A DNA stretch of 62,700 nucleotides, the filler included. It is 2 parts of 2 records of this genome, joined end to end, with 100 filler letters (N's around TTAATTAATTAA, not from the genome) between each part and the next. Parts side by side here need not be neighbours in the genome. Positions count along the whole stretch, not along the records: positions 1 to 31,256 come from SRR20825006_83; 1 more part is not named here. One strand, 5' to 3'. The notes under the pieces were generated by a model. That model saw only the letters and a program-made list of their open reading frames with translations, made no database searches and was not told the origin of the DNA. Positions within the stretch are counted from its first letter, which is position 1, and each line of letters begins with the position of its first letter. The translations under genes were made by a program, and so were the position numbers. Shown in pieces: positions 20,043 through 31,256 of this stretch.

Positions 20043-21061
20043 TATTGAAGGTCTATATTTAATCCGAAGAAGCTTGATGATGCTGCAGCGCTGTATTTTG
20101 AGTACGAATAACTTAAACGTAATTTATTTAATTTTATACCAAATCCGGCGCTCAACCCTGCAAATGTTCTTTTTTCAACAATTCGAAGTTCTTCTCCTCT
20201 TCTAAAGTTATACCCCAAACGAATATTAAAGCCACTTTCAGGGAAAAGTTCAATGCCCGTAATCATATGGCGGAAAGCGTTATCTACAAATGATATTTTT
20301 TCTTCTTGTGTATTACCTTCAAGATCAGTTGCTGCACGTGCTGGGTTTGCAAAAGCAATATTCCAAGTTTGCATATTTTCTAAAGTAAAATGCCAACGAA
20401 TAGGAATATTTTCTAAAGTCTGTGAAATTCCTAAAATAACTTCAAAAGGTAAGGGTTCGTAATCTATATGATATGGCGTAAACTGCACTCCTATGTTTCT
20501 TGCAACACCTGTTATTTGTAAATCCCAATCTTCATAAACATACATTAAACCTATATCTAAAGCCCCCCCAAAGGAAGAGTATTGTTCAAGTTTTGATGAT
20601 ATAAGTTTTAAATTCACACCCACATGAAAGTTTGTAAAAGCAATATTCCTAGCGTGTCCCATTGAGAGTGCTACTTCACCTCCACTAAAACTATTTGTTG
20701 GGTTTCCAGCTTCATCATAACCATCAAATTTTCCATAGTTAACGTATGTAATTCCAGCATGAAGCACTTGTGTTCTTCTATCCCACAGATACGCATAAGT
20801 AGCTGTTCCGTAGTTTACATCGCCAATATAGTTTGTGTAATTTAATGAAAGTTGATTATCCATCGCACGATTTATACTCGCTGGATTGAATAAACCTTGT
20901 GTGGGGTCGTAATCATAATTGGTAACCACTCTTCCACCCAATGCAGCCATTCTTGGACTGTTTACCAAATTAAGGAATTGATAGGTTGCCTTACCTCCTA
21001 CCTGAGCTACTAAAAGCTGGGAAATAAGAAGTGATACAACTAAGAAAACCTTATGGGTCAT
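20042..21061 (-). CDS. porQ: T9SS outer-membrane beta-barrel PorQ
   Basis: Signal peptide; YQFLNL..SPR.AALGG; NPA; barrel-like C-terminus; sits between lon and cmk. Confidence 0.82.
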   Translation of the reverse strand: MTHKVFLVVSLLISQLLVAQVGGKATYQFLNLVNSPRMAALGGRVVTNYDYDPTQGLFNPASINRAMDNQLSLNYTNYIGDVNYGTATYAYLWDRRTQVLHAGITYVNYGKFDGYDEAGNPTNSFSGGEVALSMGHARNIAFTNFHVGVNLKLISSKLEQYSSFGGALDIGLMYVYEDWDLQITGVARNIGVQFTPYHIDYEPLPFEVILGISQTLENIPIRWHFTLENMQTWNIAFANPARAATDLEGNTQEEKISFVDNAFRHMITGIELFPESGFNIRLGYNFRRGEELRIVEKRTFAGLSAGFGIKLNKLRLSYSYSKYSAAASSSFFGLNIDLQ

Positions 21062-21226
21062 AGACGCGAGTTACCGTAACTAAAAACTAAACGATTGCAA
21101 GTATAATTTATTTTTGCAAAGGAAAGAAACATCAGTGATTTATTTTCAAACTCAATGAAGTATGAATCCTGCAAATTTAATATGTTTCAAATTTATAACC
21201 CATAAAAAACAAGGATATCCTTATAA

Positions 21227-21281
21227 AAAAGATGGTTGTTTTATTGTCTATGCTTAAACAATTAAAAAACAACCATCTTTT
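21227..21281 (-). terminator. Long hairpin/terminator after lon
   Basis: AAAAGATGGTTGTTTT/AAAACAACCATCTTTT inverted repeat. Confidence 0.7.
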
Positions 21282-21294
21282 AAAATGTTACTTA

Positions 21295-23745
21295 TTACAG
21301 TTTTTTAGCATTTTTCACCTTTTCTTTGGTAAGTGCTAAATCTAAAACATCACTCATTTCCTTTACATAATGAAAAGTTAAGCCTTTTAAATACTCAGGT
21401 TTTATTTCATCAATATCACGTTTGTTATCTTCACAAAGGAGTATTTCTTTAATACGTGCTCGTTTTGCTGCAAGTATTTTTTCTTTTATTCCACCAACAG
21501 GAAGTACTTTCCCACGAAGTGTGATTTCACCAGTCATAGCAATCGATTTTTTTACTTTTCGTTGCGTGAATAATGAAACTAATGAAGTTAGCATTGTTAT
21601 ACCTGCACTTGGCCCATCTTTTGGCGTTGCGCCTTCTGGTACGTGAATATGAATGTTGTAATTCTCAAAAATATCTGGATTGATGCCTAGCTTTTCTGTA
21701 TTAGATTTTATGTATTCTAAAGCAATTGTAGCGGATTCTTTCATTACTTTTCCAAGGTTCCCCGTCATATTTAAAGCTCCTTTACCTTTAGAAATTGTAG
21801 ATTCAATAAAGAGAATATCACCACCAACCCTTGTCCATGCTAGTCCAGTAACAACTCCAGCTACATCATTATTTTCATATTTATCGCGTTCCATTTTTGG
21901 AGCGCCTAAAACTTCTATAACAACATCATTAGTTACTTTCACCTCATATTCTTCTTCCATTGCAATTTTCATAGCTGCATAGCGCACCATTTTTGCAATT
22001 TGTTTTTCCAATCCTCTTACACCACTTTCACGTGTATAGCCCTCAACAATTTTCTCGAGTTGTGGTTTTGCTATTTTTAAGGCGCTAGTGCTCATGCCGT
22101 GTTCTTCTAATTGCTTTGGAAGAAGGTGACGTTTCGCTATTTCTACTTTTTCTTCAACCGTATATCCTGTAACATTTATTATCTCCATTCTATCGCGGAG
22201 TGCTGGTTGAATTGTGCTTAAACTATTTGATGTGGCAATAAACATAACCTTAGAAAGGTCGTAACCAAGCTCTAAGAAATTGTCATAAAATGAGTTGTTT
22301 TGCTCTGGATCTAAAACCTCCAACATTGCTGAAGATGGATCTCCTTGATTGCTTGAAGAAATTTTATCTATTTCATCTAAAACAAAAACAGGATTACTTG
22401 TTTCTGCCTTTTTTATACTCTGTATTACCCTTCCTGGCATAGCACCAATGTAGGTTTTTCTATGTCCGCGGATTTCAGCTTCATCACGAAGACCACCTAA
22501 ACTCATTCGTACATATTTTCTCCCCAATGCTTCTGCTACAGATTTTCCTAGTGAAGTTTTACCAACTCCTGGAGGTCCGTAAAGACATAGAATTGGCGAT
22601 TTCATATCGTTTCTAAGCTTTAGTACTGCCAAATATTCAATGATTCGTTTTTTAACATCGTCGAGACCATAATGATCACGATCTAGAATTTTCCGAGCGC
22701 GATTTAAGTCGAATTTATCTTTGCTATATTTATTCCAAGGTAACTCCAATAATAAATCAAGGTAATTGCGTTGAATGCTAAATTCTGCAACTTGAGGATT
22801 CATACGCTGCATTTTAGAAAGTTCTTTTTGAAAATGCTTCTCAACTTCTTCACTCCATTTTTTGGATTTTGCACGTTCACGCATTTCCTCAATTTCTTCT
22901 TCCATTGAAGAACCTCCCAACTCTTCTTGAATTGTTTTCATCTGTTGTTGAAGAAAATATTCACGTTGCTGTTGGTTGATATCGTTTTGAACTTTAGATT
23001 GAATATCATTGCGTAACGAAAGCTTCTGAATTTCCATATTCATATATCGCAATGTTTCTAAAGCACGATCTTTTAGGTTGTTAATTTCTAAAAGCGTTTG
23101 TTTTTCTTCAACATCAATATTTAGGTTTGATGAAACAAAGTTTATAAGAAAACTAGAACTTTCAATGTTTTTGATTGCAAAAGCAGCTTCAGAAGGAATG
23201 TTTGGGCTTTGCTTTATAATTTGCAGCGCCATTTCCTTTATAGAATCTATAATTGCTTTAAATTCTTCACTTTCAGTTTCCGGTCTAGCTTCAGCAACTT
23301 CACGAATGGTCGCCGTCATATACGGATTTGTCGTTATAACTTCCGAAACTTCAAAGCGTTTTTTTCCTTGAATAATTACGGTGGTATTCCCGTCAGGCAT
23401 TTTTAGCACACGAAGTATTTTAGCAACAGTACCAATGGTATTAATGTCGCCAATTCCTGGTTCCTCTTCGTTTTCATCTTTTTGAGAAACAACCCCAATT
23501 ACTTTAGAACCTTTATTGGTTTCGTTTATCAGCTTTATAGATTTGTCACGCCCAGCAGTAATTGGAATAACCACACCTGGAAATAAAACGGTATTTCGTA
23601 ATGGTAAGATTGGAAGTATTTCAGGAAGTTCTTCTTTGTGCATTGCATCCTCATCTTCCGCAGACATTAGTGGTATAAATTCTGCATCTTCTTTTAAATC
23701 CTGAAATGACAACTTGTCTAATGATGTTACTTTTGAATTAGCCAT
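21295..23745 (-). CDS. lon: Lon protease
   Basis: [28 protein letters not shown]. Confidence 0.98.
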   Translation of the reverse strand: MANSKVTSLDKLSFQDLKEDAEFIPLMSAEDEDAMHKEELPEILPILPLRNTVLFPGVVIPITAGRDKSIKLINETNKGSKVIGVVSQKDENEEEPGIGDINTIGTVAKILRVLKMPDGNTTVIIQGKKRFEVSEVITTNPYMTATIREVAEARPETESEEFKAIIDSIKEMALQIIKQSPNIPSEAAFAIKNIESSSFLINFVSSNLNIDVEEKQTLLEINNLKDRALETLRYMNMEIQKLSLRNDIQSKVQNDINQQQREYFLQQQMKTIQEELGGSSMEEEIEEMRERAKSKKWSEEVEKHFQKELSKMQRMNPQVAEFSIQRNYLDLLLELPWNKYSKDKFDLNRARKILDRDHYGLDDVKKRIIEYLAVLKLRNDMKSPILCLYGPPGVGKTSLGKSVAEALGRKYVRMSLGGLRDEAEIRGHRKTYIGAMPGRVIQSIKKAETSNPVFVLDEIDKISSSNQGDPSSAMLEVLDPEQNNSFYDNFLELGYDLSKVMFIATSNSLSTIQPALRDRMEIINVTGYTVEEKVEIAKRHLLPKQLEEHGMSTSALKIAKPQLEKIVEGYTRESGVRGLEKQIAKMVRYAAMKIAMEEEYEVKVTNDVVIEVLGAPKMERDKYENNDVAGVVTGLAWTRVGGDILFIESTISKGKGALNMTGNLGKVMKESATIALEYIKSNTEKLGINPDIFENYNIHIHVPEGATPKDGPSAGITMLTSLVSLFTQRKVKKSIAMTGEITLRGKVLPVGGIKEKILAAKRARIKEILLCEDNKRDIDEIKPEYLKGLTFHYVKEMSDVLDLALTKEKVKNAKKL

Positions 23746-23869
23746 AAATATGTTTAGGACATTGTGTCACGATTATTGCAGCCACAATGGTTTATTAATT
23801 TTAAATTTTTAGTTTTTAATGAAAGAATACTGATTAACAAACGTTTTACAGCTTCTCTAAGTGTATAAT

Positions 23870-23884
23870 TCAAGAGTTGTGCCA
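23870..23884 (-). promoter_or_regulatory. sigma54-like promoter upstream of lon
   Basis: Minus strand reads TGGCACAACTCTTGA (TGGCAC-N5-TTGA versus consensus TGGCAC-N5-TTGC). Confidence 0.6.
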
Positions 23885-23975
23885 GTATATTTAATTGTAT
23901 TTTTAAAAACTGTAACATTGCTATTAAAATAGAGTCTTTAGTATAAAGCATATTCATTTAAAACCACAAAAAATT

Positions 23976-24707
23976 ATGCAAACACTTATTAAAACATCAT
24001 TAGCGCTAACATTTCTTGTTTTTTCAACCCTTCAATTTACTGCGCAAAATAGAAATAATAATTCCATTACAGGAAGTGGGAATGTTATTGAAAAAACAGT
24101 AAAAACCAAACCATATAGCTCCATAAAAGTCTCAGGCTCTATGGATGTTTATCTTCAAAAAGGAGCCGAAGGCAACATTAGCGTGCTTGCTGAAGATAAT
24201 GTTCAAGACAGAATTCTTGTGGAATCTGACGGGACCACACTTACTATTTCAATGAAAAATAACACTTCATTACGCAACACTAAAAAAATTAAAATCACTG
24301 TTCCTTATGAAGATATTTCAGAGATTTCTCTGAATGGTTCTGGAAGTATTGAAGGAAAAGCGATACTAAAAACAGATAAACTAACACTAAATTTAAATGG
24401 TTCTGGAGATATTGAAATTGCTGTAGCAACAAATTCATTGGAAGCAACTATAAGAGGTTCTGGTGATATTGAAATTTTAGGAAACGCCACAGATGTTGAA
24501 ATAAATACAACTGGAAGCGGTGATTTTGAAGGAAAAGAATTAATTTCAGAAAACGCTGAAGTTTCAATCACCGGATCGGGAGATTCAACTGTTTATGTTA
24601 AAAGCAGCTTAAATGCTAAAATACAAGGCTCTGGTTCAATTTATTATGGCGGAAACCCAGCTACCAATTCAAAAGTGAAAGGGTCTGGAAAAATAAAGGC
24701 TATTTAG
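23976..24707 (+). CDS. Head GIN domain (DUF2807) secreted protein
   Basis: Signal peptide; repeated GSG-D/S-I beta-helix motifs. Confidence 0.85.
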   Translation: MQTLIKTSLALTFLVFSTLQFTAQNRNNNSITGSGNVIEKTVKTKPYSSIKVSGSMDVYLQKGAEGNISVLAEDNVQDRILVESDGTTLTISMKNNTSLRNTKKIKITVPYEDISEISLNGSGSIEGKAILKTDKLTLNLNGSGDIEIAVATNSLEATIRGSGDIEILGNATDVEINTTGSGDFEGKELISENAEVSITGSGDSTVYVKSSLNAKIQGSGSIYYGGNPATNSKVKGSGKIKAI

Positions 24708-24725
24708 TTGAAGATTTTAAGCAAT

Positions 24726-24761
24726 AAAAAACCGGCTTTAGAAACTAAAGCCGGTTTTTTT
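24726..24761. terminator. Bidirectional intrinsic terminator
   Basis: AAAAAACCGGCTTTAG/CTAAAGCCGGTTTTTT. Confidence 0.85.
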
Positions 24762-24779
24762 ATTTTTAAATAGTATTTC

Positions 24780-26177
24780 TTACGGAAGTATAATCAAAAA
24801 TTCTCCGTTAGTAATCTGATGAATTGTTGGATCTTGACCTGAAGCATCACGGCCTGTAAAATTAAATGTTCCTTCAATGATACCAGTTGTAATATCGTAT
24901 TTGGTAATTACTAAACTTCCGGGACTTGAAACGTATGTAATTGAAGTTCCTACTTTAGGAGTGTATTTTGCTACAACTTCATTACCATCAATCACTTCAT
25001 CTCCCATTTCGTATGTAATATTTTCTTGGACGGTTAATGGGAAAGTAAGCTCCATTTTTTCATCACCTTTAGTTGCAGTAATAGTAACACGCGGGTATTG
25101 ATTAACAACTGAGGTTTCAATTACCAATTCTTCTGCATCAAATCCACTACCACCAACATTTGCAGTAAAAGTATTATTTGCTCCAGGAACACCTTCAAAA
25201 TAGACAGTTAAATCCCCTTCAGTTATTTCAACAATATCGGGTAGAATTCCTATTGGATCGGTTGCTGTAAAGTTGAATGTAGCTTTCAATATACCTGCCA
25301 CAAGATCAAACTCTGTTATGGTTATTGTTCCTGGATCTGCGGTAAGGTTTTCAGCACCAACGCCAGCATTATAGATTGCGGTAAGTCGGGTTCCATCTGA
25401 AATACGTTCCATATTAAATGTACCTACACCCATAGAACGAGGAACATCAATACGTATTTGTTGGCCATCAGCAGATTTTGCTTCAATTTTTATCATGTGC
25501 ACAGAACCAACCATTGGTTCGGTAACAGCAATTGTATCAGCAACAAAATCTATTCCGTCCACTTTTGCAAAAAACTCATTCTCTGGGTCTCCGCCGCCAC
25601 CTCCGCCACCGGTGTCGTCAAGGATATATTCAATAGCATTAAATGCGCCACGCGTAATTTCAATATCTTCAATAATTGGATTGCCTTCACCGTCTAGTAT
25701 TGGTTGTCCATCTCCATCAACTTTTACACGTCCTCCAGTAAAACTGAATGTTCCTGAAATAGTCATAGCTGAAGCATCCATTTCAGTAATTTGCAATTGT
25801 CCTGACCCGCCAAAAGCTAAGGCAGAAATATATGGAAGTATGTTTACCGAACCATCAAAATAGCTACCTGAGTTTTCATTTGCTCCTCCTGTGGTTAGAT
25901 TAAAATTACCAACAGCTGCATCAGTAACTGCAAGTATAATATCTCCGTCGCCAGACTTAGAACCTTTTATAACCAATTCGTTTTCTGAATTAATTGTTGC
26001 GGTTACTGTAGTTGCGATAAATTCTGTTCCAGCTATTTCAGCTCTAAATTGCCCCTCTTCTGCTTCATTTTGTTCTTCCTGAGGGAATTCACCTGTGAGG
26101 GGTTCATTTTCACAGGAAAAAAATTGAAATGCCAGAAATGCCAAAAGCACTCCCTTTACTAAATACATTTTTTTCAT
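24780..26177 (-). CDS. Multi-domain surface lipoprotein (DUF6252-like repeats)
   Basis: Lipobox FFSC; three units each beginning F-x-A-x-[IV]-x-G and ending in a G/A-T-F-x-F-T strand. Confidence 0.7.
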   Translation of the reverse strand: MKKMYLVKGVLLAFLAFQFFSCENEPLTGEFPQEEQNEAEEGQFRAEIAGTEFIATTVTATINSENELVIKGSKSGDGDIILAVTDAAVGNFNLTTGGANENSGSYFDGSVNILPYISALAFGGSGQLQITEMDASAMTISGTFSFTGGRVKVDGDGQPILDGEGNPIIEDIEITRGAFNAIEYILDDTGGGGGGGDPENEFFAKVDGIDFVADTIAVTEPMVGSVHMIKIEAKSADGQQIRIDVPRSMGVGTFNMERISDGTRLTAIYNAGVGAENLTADPGTITITEFDLVAGILKATFNFTATDPIGILPDIVEITEGDLTVYFEGVPGANNTFTANVGGSGFDAEELVIETSVVNQYPRVTITATKGDEKMELTFPLTVQENITYEMGDEVIDGNEVVAKYTPKVGTSITYVSSPGSLVITKYDITTGIIEGTFNFTGRDASGQDPTIHQITNGEFLIILP

Positions 26178-26225
26178 AAATACATAGATTGATATGTAAT
26201 AAACGCAAACTTAAACAAAAATTGT

Positions 26226-27545
26226 TTAATTGTTTTTATTTCTTGGTACTCTTACTAGTAAAAACACCCCTGTCATAAAAAATATGACTAAAAATAATAT
26301 GGCGTTGCGCATACTACCAGTTATTTGGTCTATAAAACCATAAATTAACATTCCTATTACAATTCCTATTTTTTCAGCTACATCATAGAAGCTAAAATAC
26401 GAAGTTGTGTCTTTTGTTTCAGGTAAAAATTTTGAATACGTAGAGCGTGAAAGGGATTGAATTCCACCCATTACCAACCCAACAATTCCTGCCGTTATAT
26501 AAAATTGTATTGGTGCATATATAAAGTAAGCCACAATACAAATTCCCACCCAAATTATATTAATAATAATTAGTACAGGTATATTTCCAAATCTTTTTGA
26601 AGCTCTAGATGTTAAAAAGGCTCCTAAAACTGCCACTAATTGGATTATTAAAATACTTAAAATCAATCCAATTGTTTTAGCACTATCATCACCCCATGAA
26701 ATTTCTTGTTCGCCAAAATAAGTAGCTACGAGCATAACTGTTTGTACTGCCATACTGTATACAAAAAAGGCTGCTAAATATCTTTTTAATTGAATGTTTT
26801 CAGAGAGTGAATTGTATACTCCTTTTAATTCCCGGAAACCATTCAATAATATTTTTGCGCTTACTTTTTTCCCACTTTTGTTTCCCTTTGGAAGAAAATA
26901 AAATGAAAATTGGCTAAACAATATCCACCAAATTCCAACGGTTACAAAAGACCAACGCATTGCTTGCATACTTGCAGCTCCACCTTCACCAAACCCAAAA
27001 TGTTGCGGAAACATTACCATCCACAAGTTAAAGAGCAATAAAATAACACTGCCTATATACCCCATTGAATACCCTCGGGCACTCACACTATCTTGTTGTT
27101 CCGGAAAAGCAACATCTGGTAAATAAGAATTATAAAAAACAAGACTTCCCCAGAAACCAATTAATCCGAAAAAATAAAAAAGTAGACTGATGTGAATATT
27201 TTCAATACTAAAAAAATAAAGTCCTATGCATGAGAGCGCACCCAAATAACAGAAGAATTTCATGAAATTCTTTTTATTACCAACATAATCCGCAATTCCT
27301 GAAAGTAAAGGCGAAATAAGTGCCACCAACAAAAAAGCAGCTGCAGTAGTATAACTTATTAATGGTGTACTTCTTATAGCTCCACCAAAAACAGTAACCG
27401 TAGTTATAGCTGCAGATTTAAACAGTGCTTGGTAATAAATAGGAAAAATGGCTGAAGCAATTACAAGGCTATATACTGAATTGGCCCAATCGTAAAAAGC
27501 CCATGCATTAAGCAGTTTTTTACTTCCTTTTTGTAAGTTGGGCAT
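26226..27545 (-). CDS. MFS transporter, UMF1/ATG22 family
   Basis: AWAFYDWANS; many TM helices; GGIQSLSRS. Confidence 0.88.
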   Translation of the reverse strand: MPNLQKGSKKLLNAWAFYDWANSVYSLVIASAIFPIYYQALFKSAAITTVTVFGGAIRSTPLISYTTAAAFLLVALISPLLSGIADYVGNKKNFMKFFCYLGALSCIGLYFFSIENIHISLLFYFFGLIGFWGSLVFYNSYLPDVAFPEQQDSVSARGYSMGYIGSVILLLFNLWMVMFPQHFGFGEGGAASMQAMRWSFVTVGIWWILFSQFSFYFLPKGNKSGKKVSAKILLNGFRELKGVYNSLSENIQLKRYLAAFFVYSMAVQTVMLVATYFGEQEISWGDDSAKTIGLILSILIIQLVAVLGAFLTSRASKRFGNIPVLIIINIIWVGICIVAYFIYAPIQFYITAGIVGLVMGGIQSLSRSTYSKFLPETKDTTSYFSFYDVAEKIGIVIGMLIYGFIDQITGSMRNAILFLVIFFMTGVFLLVRVPRNKNN

Positions 27546-27583
27546 AGTGTTGCATCATTTTTTTGAAAGCACTAAACTAATAA

Positions 27584-27608
27584 AAAATCCCACTTGAAGT
27601 GGGATTTT
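27584..27608 (-). terminator. Intrinsic terminator after the M48 peptidase
   Basis: AAAATCCCACTT/AAGTGGGATTTT. Confidence 0.75.
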
Positions 27609-27637
27609 AATAATATTCAATAAAAAAATATTCTAGC

Positions 27638-28453
27638 CTACCTTTTAAATGTAGTAACATTAAATTTTCTAGCTTCAGCTTTTGCCTCTGGCACCCAGGC
27701 TTGTATATTCTGAATTCGGGTTGCACTTGAAGGGTGTGTACTTAAAAATTCTGGTGGTGCACCTTGTTCTTGAGCTTGCATACGTTGCCATAGTTCAGCC
27801 GCAACACTTGGTTCATAACCTGCAATAGCCATTAAAACCAAACCTATATGATCTGCTTCAGTTTCATGGCCTCTACTAAAAGGTAGCATTATCCCAACGT
27901 TTGAACCTAAACCATATGCAGTATTAAAAATTTGTGCGTTTTTTGAGTTTGCAGTCGCTATTCCCACTCCAACGGCACCAATTTCTTGTAGCTGAGTTCC
28001 ACTCATACGCTGTTGTCCATGATTTGCTAGTGCATGTGCAACTTCATGACCCATAACAGCTGCTAAACCAGCTTCATTTTTTGTGATAGGTAAAATACCT
28101 GTATAAATAACTATTTTTCCTCCTGGCATACACCAAGCATTTACTTCATTACTAGCTACTAAGTTGTATTCCCAGCGATAGTCAGATAAATAACCTGCAT
28201 ATCCATTTGCGGTAAGGTATTTTTCTGCAGCAACAGCAATTTTTTGACCAACGCTTTTTACCATGTTTGCGTCCGCAGTTCCATTTACTACTTTATTTTC
28301 TGATAAAAATTGATCGTATTGCTGAAATGCCATTGGCAAAATTTGCGAATTTGGCACCAAAGCTAAAGTCTGTTTTCCTGTGAAAGGATTTGTGGTACAT
28401 GCAACCACGATTAATCCCAATATTAAAATTGATAATGGTTTTTTGAATTTCAT
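27638..28453 (-). CDS. M48 family metallopeptidase lipoprotein
   Basis: Lipobox VVAC; NAWCMPGG; HEVAH; ETEAD; LSTHP. Confidence 0.92.
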   Translation of the reverse strand: MKFKKPLSILILGLIVVACTTNPFTGKQTLALVPNSQILPMAFQQYDQFLSENKVVNGTADANMVKSVGQKIAVAAEKYLTANGYAGYLSDYRWEYNLVASNEVNAWCMPGGKIVIYTGILPITKNEAGLAAVMGHEVAHALANHGQQRMSGTQLQEIGAVGVGIATANSKNAQIFNTAYGLGSNVGIMLPFSRGHETEADHIGLVLMAIAGYEPSVAAELWQRMQAQEQGAPPEFLSTHPSSATRIQNIQAWVPEAKAEARKFNVTTFKR

Positions 28454-28681
28454 AATATAGATGGTTTGTTTGAAGTGTTAAATTTAAAGCTATAATTTCA
28501 CTATTGTATTAAAATTATTCTAAAATTGTTTTTCAAAAAGTATTCCAAAAGGAAAAACCTTTGCGAAATATTTAATTTCATTGATAAAATCTACCAACTA
28601 TTTGAAGGTTAATGTTTCAAACTTTAGTCTTTCTTTAATACAATGGGGTATTTTAAGTTTATAAATTTAGCATCTTAAAAG

Positions 28682-28697
28682 TTGGAACGACTTTTGT
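28682..28697 (+). promoter_or_regulatory. sigma54-like promoter
   Basis: TTGGAACGACTTTTGT (GG-N10-GT), about 35 nt upstream of the ATG. Confidence 0.45.
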
Positions 28698-28731
28698 AAA
28701 CTCCATAGTAAATCATTTAAAAAAATAAATT

Positions 28732-29259
28732 ATGAAAAGCATACTTCTATTTTTAGCACTCTCAACTACCGTATTATTCACTTCATGTGAAGGCGACCCA
28801 GGACCTCCAGGATTGGATGGTGGATTGGTTTATGCACAGGTTTTTGAAGTTAACGCAACTTATACCTATAATAGCGCTCAGAATACTTATTCGAGCCCAG
28901 TTTACAATTTTCCATTTACAGTTTATGAAAGTGATGCAGTATTAGTATATCGCTTATCTGGTGAAGATACAAGCGTAAGCCCGCCTGCAGATGTATGGAC
29001 ACAACTACCACAAAATAAATTTTATAATGATGGAACTGGCGATTTTTTTCAATATAATTTTAATAATACTTTTTTTGACCTTCAACTTACTATTGAAGGA
29101 AATTTCGACTTAACTAATATTGATTCAATAGACATTACAAATCAAATATTTCGTGTAGTTGTAGTTCCAGCAGAATTTGCTGATACCAATCCATCTATGC
29201 AACAAGTACTTGAAATGATGCAAATTGATGGTTCACAAATAGAAAAAATTGAATTATAG
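28732..29259 (+). CDS. Lipoprotein with a short collagen-like motif
   Basis: Lipobox FTSC followed by EGDPGPPGLDG. Confidence 0.75.
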   Translation: MKSILLFLALSTTVLFTSCEGDPGPPGLDGGLVYAQVFEVNATYTYNSAQNTYSSPVYNFPFTVYESDAVLVYRLSGEDTSVSPPADVWTQLPQNKFYNDGTGDFFQYNFNNTFFDLQLTIEGNFDLTNIDSIDITNQIFRVVVVPAEFADTNPSMQQVLEMMQIDGSQIEKIEL

Positions 29260-29260
29260 A

Positions 29261-29749
29261 ATGAAATTTTTAAGCACATTACTAATTTTAAGCAGCTTGC
29301 TTTTTAGTTGCAATTCTCCTGCACAAAAAAGCAAAGTTGTTGAAAAGGAAACTTTTAAGGTAACCAAAACCGATGCACAGTGGAAAGCACAGTTATCGCC
29401 AGCAGCATACAATGTGCTTCGTCATGAAGGTACGGAACGTGCTTTTACCAGTGAGCTGAACGATAATCATAAAACTGGAACCTATGTTTGCGCTGGTTGT
29501 AATACACCCGTTTTTGAAAGCAAATACAAATTTAATAGCGGTACAGGCTGGCCAAGCTTTGATCGTCCTATTGAAGGGAATGTAGCTTTTTCAACAGATA
29601 CTAAAATTGGGTATACTCGCACCGAAGAACATTGTGCAACTTGTGGCGGGCATTTAGGACACGTGTTTAATGATGGTCCAAAAGATACTACTGGGGAGCG
29701 TCATTGTATTAATGGTGTTGCATTAAAATTTATTCCAGAAAAAAAATAA
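29261..29749 (+). CDS. msrB: Peptide-methionine (R)-S-oxide reductase, predicted lipoprotein
   Basis: GTERAF; two CxxC; SGTGWPSF; HLGHVFNDGP; RHCING; lipobox LFSC. Confidence 0.93.
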   Translation: MKFLSTLLILSSLLFSCNSPAQKSKVVEKETFKVTKTDAQWKAQLSPAAYNVLRHEGTERAFTSELNDNHKTGTYVCAGCNTPVFESKYKFNSGTGWPSFDRPIEGNVAFSTDTKIGYTRTEEHCATCGGHLGHVFNDGPKDTTGERHCINGVALKFIPEKK

Positions 29750-29770
29750 ACAATCATTTTTTAAATCTTA

Positions 29771-29815
29771 AAAGCCAAATTCCAATAGCTTCTGCTTAGG
29801 GATTTGGTTTTTTTT
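29771..29815 (+). terminator. Intrinsic terminator after msrB
   Basis: GCCAAATTCC/GGGATTTGGT stem followed by a T-run. Confidence 0.6.
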
Positions 29816-29957
29816 GTTTTTCAAATGTTACTGATTTGAATTTGTTTGTTTTTTGAAAATTCGTCAGTTGTCACTTTTTATAATTCTTTCTTTGGAATTT
29901 TTTCCTTTGTATTTCGTAAATTCGTTGCTTCAAAAGAAATTTACATAAAATTAAGTA

Positions 29958-31256
29958 ATGAGTAAATACGACGTAATAGTTTTAGGAAGTGGTCCAGGTG
30001 GCTATGTTACTGCCATAAGAGCTTCACAGTTAGGCTTAAAAACAGCCATTGTTGAAAAAGAGAGCCTTGGAGGTGTTTGTTTAAATTGGGGATGTATTCC
30101 TACAAAAGCACTTTTAAAAAGTGCACAGGTTTTTGATTACCTAAAACACGCAGATAGTTACGGACTTACCGTAAAGGAATTTGATAAAGATTTTGGAAAA
30201 GTAGTTGAAAGAAGCCGTGGCGTTGCAGAAGGAATGAGTAAAGGCGTACAGTTTTTAATGAAAAAGAACAAAATCGATGTTATTAACGGTTTTGGAAAAC
30301 TAAAAGCAGGTAAAAAAGTAGATGTTGACGGAAAAGAATATTCCGCAGACCATATAATTGTTGCAACTGGTGCGCGTTCCCGCGAATTGCCAAACCTAAA
30401 GCAGGATGGCAAGAAGGTAATTGGGTATCGTGAGGCAATGACACTAAAAAAACAACCTAAAAGCATGATTGTTGTAGGTAGTGGTGCCATTGGTGTTGAG
30501 TTTGCACATTTCTATAATTCTATGGGAACCGAAGTTACTATTGTTGAATTTTTACCAAATCTTGTTCCTTTGGAAGACGAAGACGTTTCAAAACAATTTG
30601 AGCGTTCTTTCAAAAAAGCTGGAATTAAGGTTATGACTAATTCTTCCGTAGAAAAATTAGATACTTCAGGAAAATTAGTGAAAGCAACTGTAAAAACAGC
30701 TAAAGGTGAAGAAACCTTAGAAGCAGAAATTGTACTTTCTGCAGTAGGTATTGCTTCAAACCTAGAAAATATTGGACTTGAAGATGTTGGTATTGTAACC
30801 GATAAAGGAAAAATAATGGTGAATGATTGGTACCAAACCAACATTCCTGGCTATTATGCAATAGGTGATGTAGTTCCTGGTCCTGCCCTAGCACACGTTG
30901 CTTCTGCTGAAGGTATTACTTGTGTTGAGAAAATTGCTGGTCTTCACGTAGAGCCTATTGATTACGGAAATATTCCAGGTTGTACCTACGCAAGCCCAGA
31001 AATTGCTAGTGTTGGTTTAACTGAAAAACAAGCTAAAGAAGCTGGTTATGATCTAAAAGTTGGGAAATTTCCTTTTTCAGCTAGTGGAAAAGCAAGTGCA
31101 TCAGGGGAAAAAGATGGTTTTGTAAAAGTTATCTTTGATGCAAAGTACGGCGAATGGCTAGGTTGCCACATGATAGGTGCTGGCGTAACCGATATGATTG
31201 CAGAAGCGGTTTTAGGAAGAAAATTAGAAACTACAGGACACGAAGTTTTAAAAGCA
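29958..31256 (+). CDS. lpdA: Dihydrolipoamide dehydrogenase (truncated by contig end)
   Basis: GSGPGG; GGVCLNWGCIPTK; GSGAIG; runs into the N gap. Confidence 0.95.

Noticed and set aside
21069..21081. AGTTAC-C-GTAACT palindrome upstream of porQ as another XRE site
   Set aside because: Spacer is 1 nt rather than 4 and there is only one copy
23754..23957. 67-aa ORF upstream of lon
   Set aside because: Spans the divergent promoter region including the sigma54-like element; no protein features
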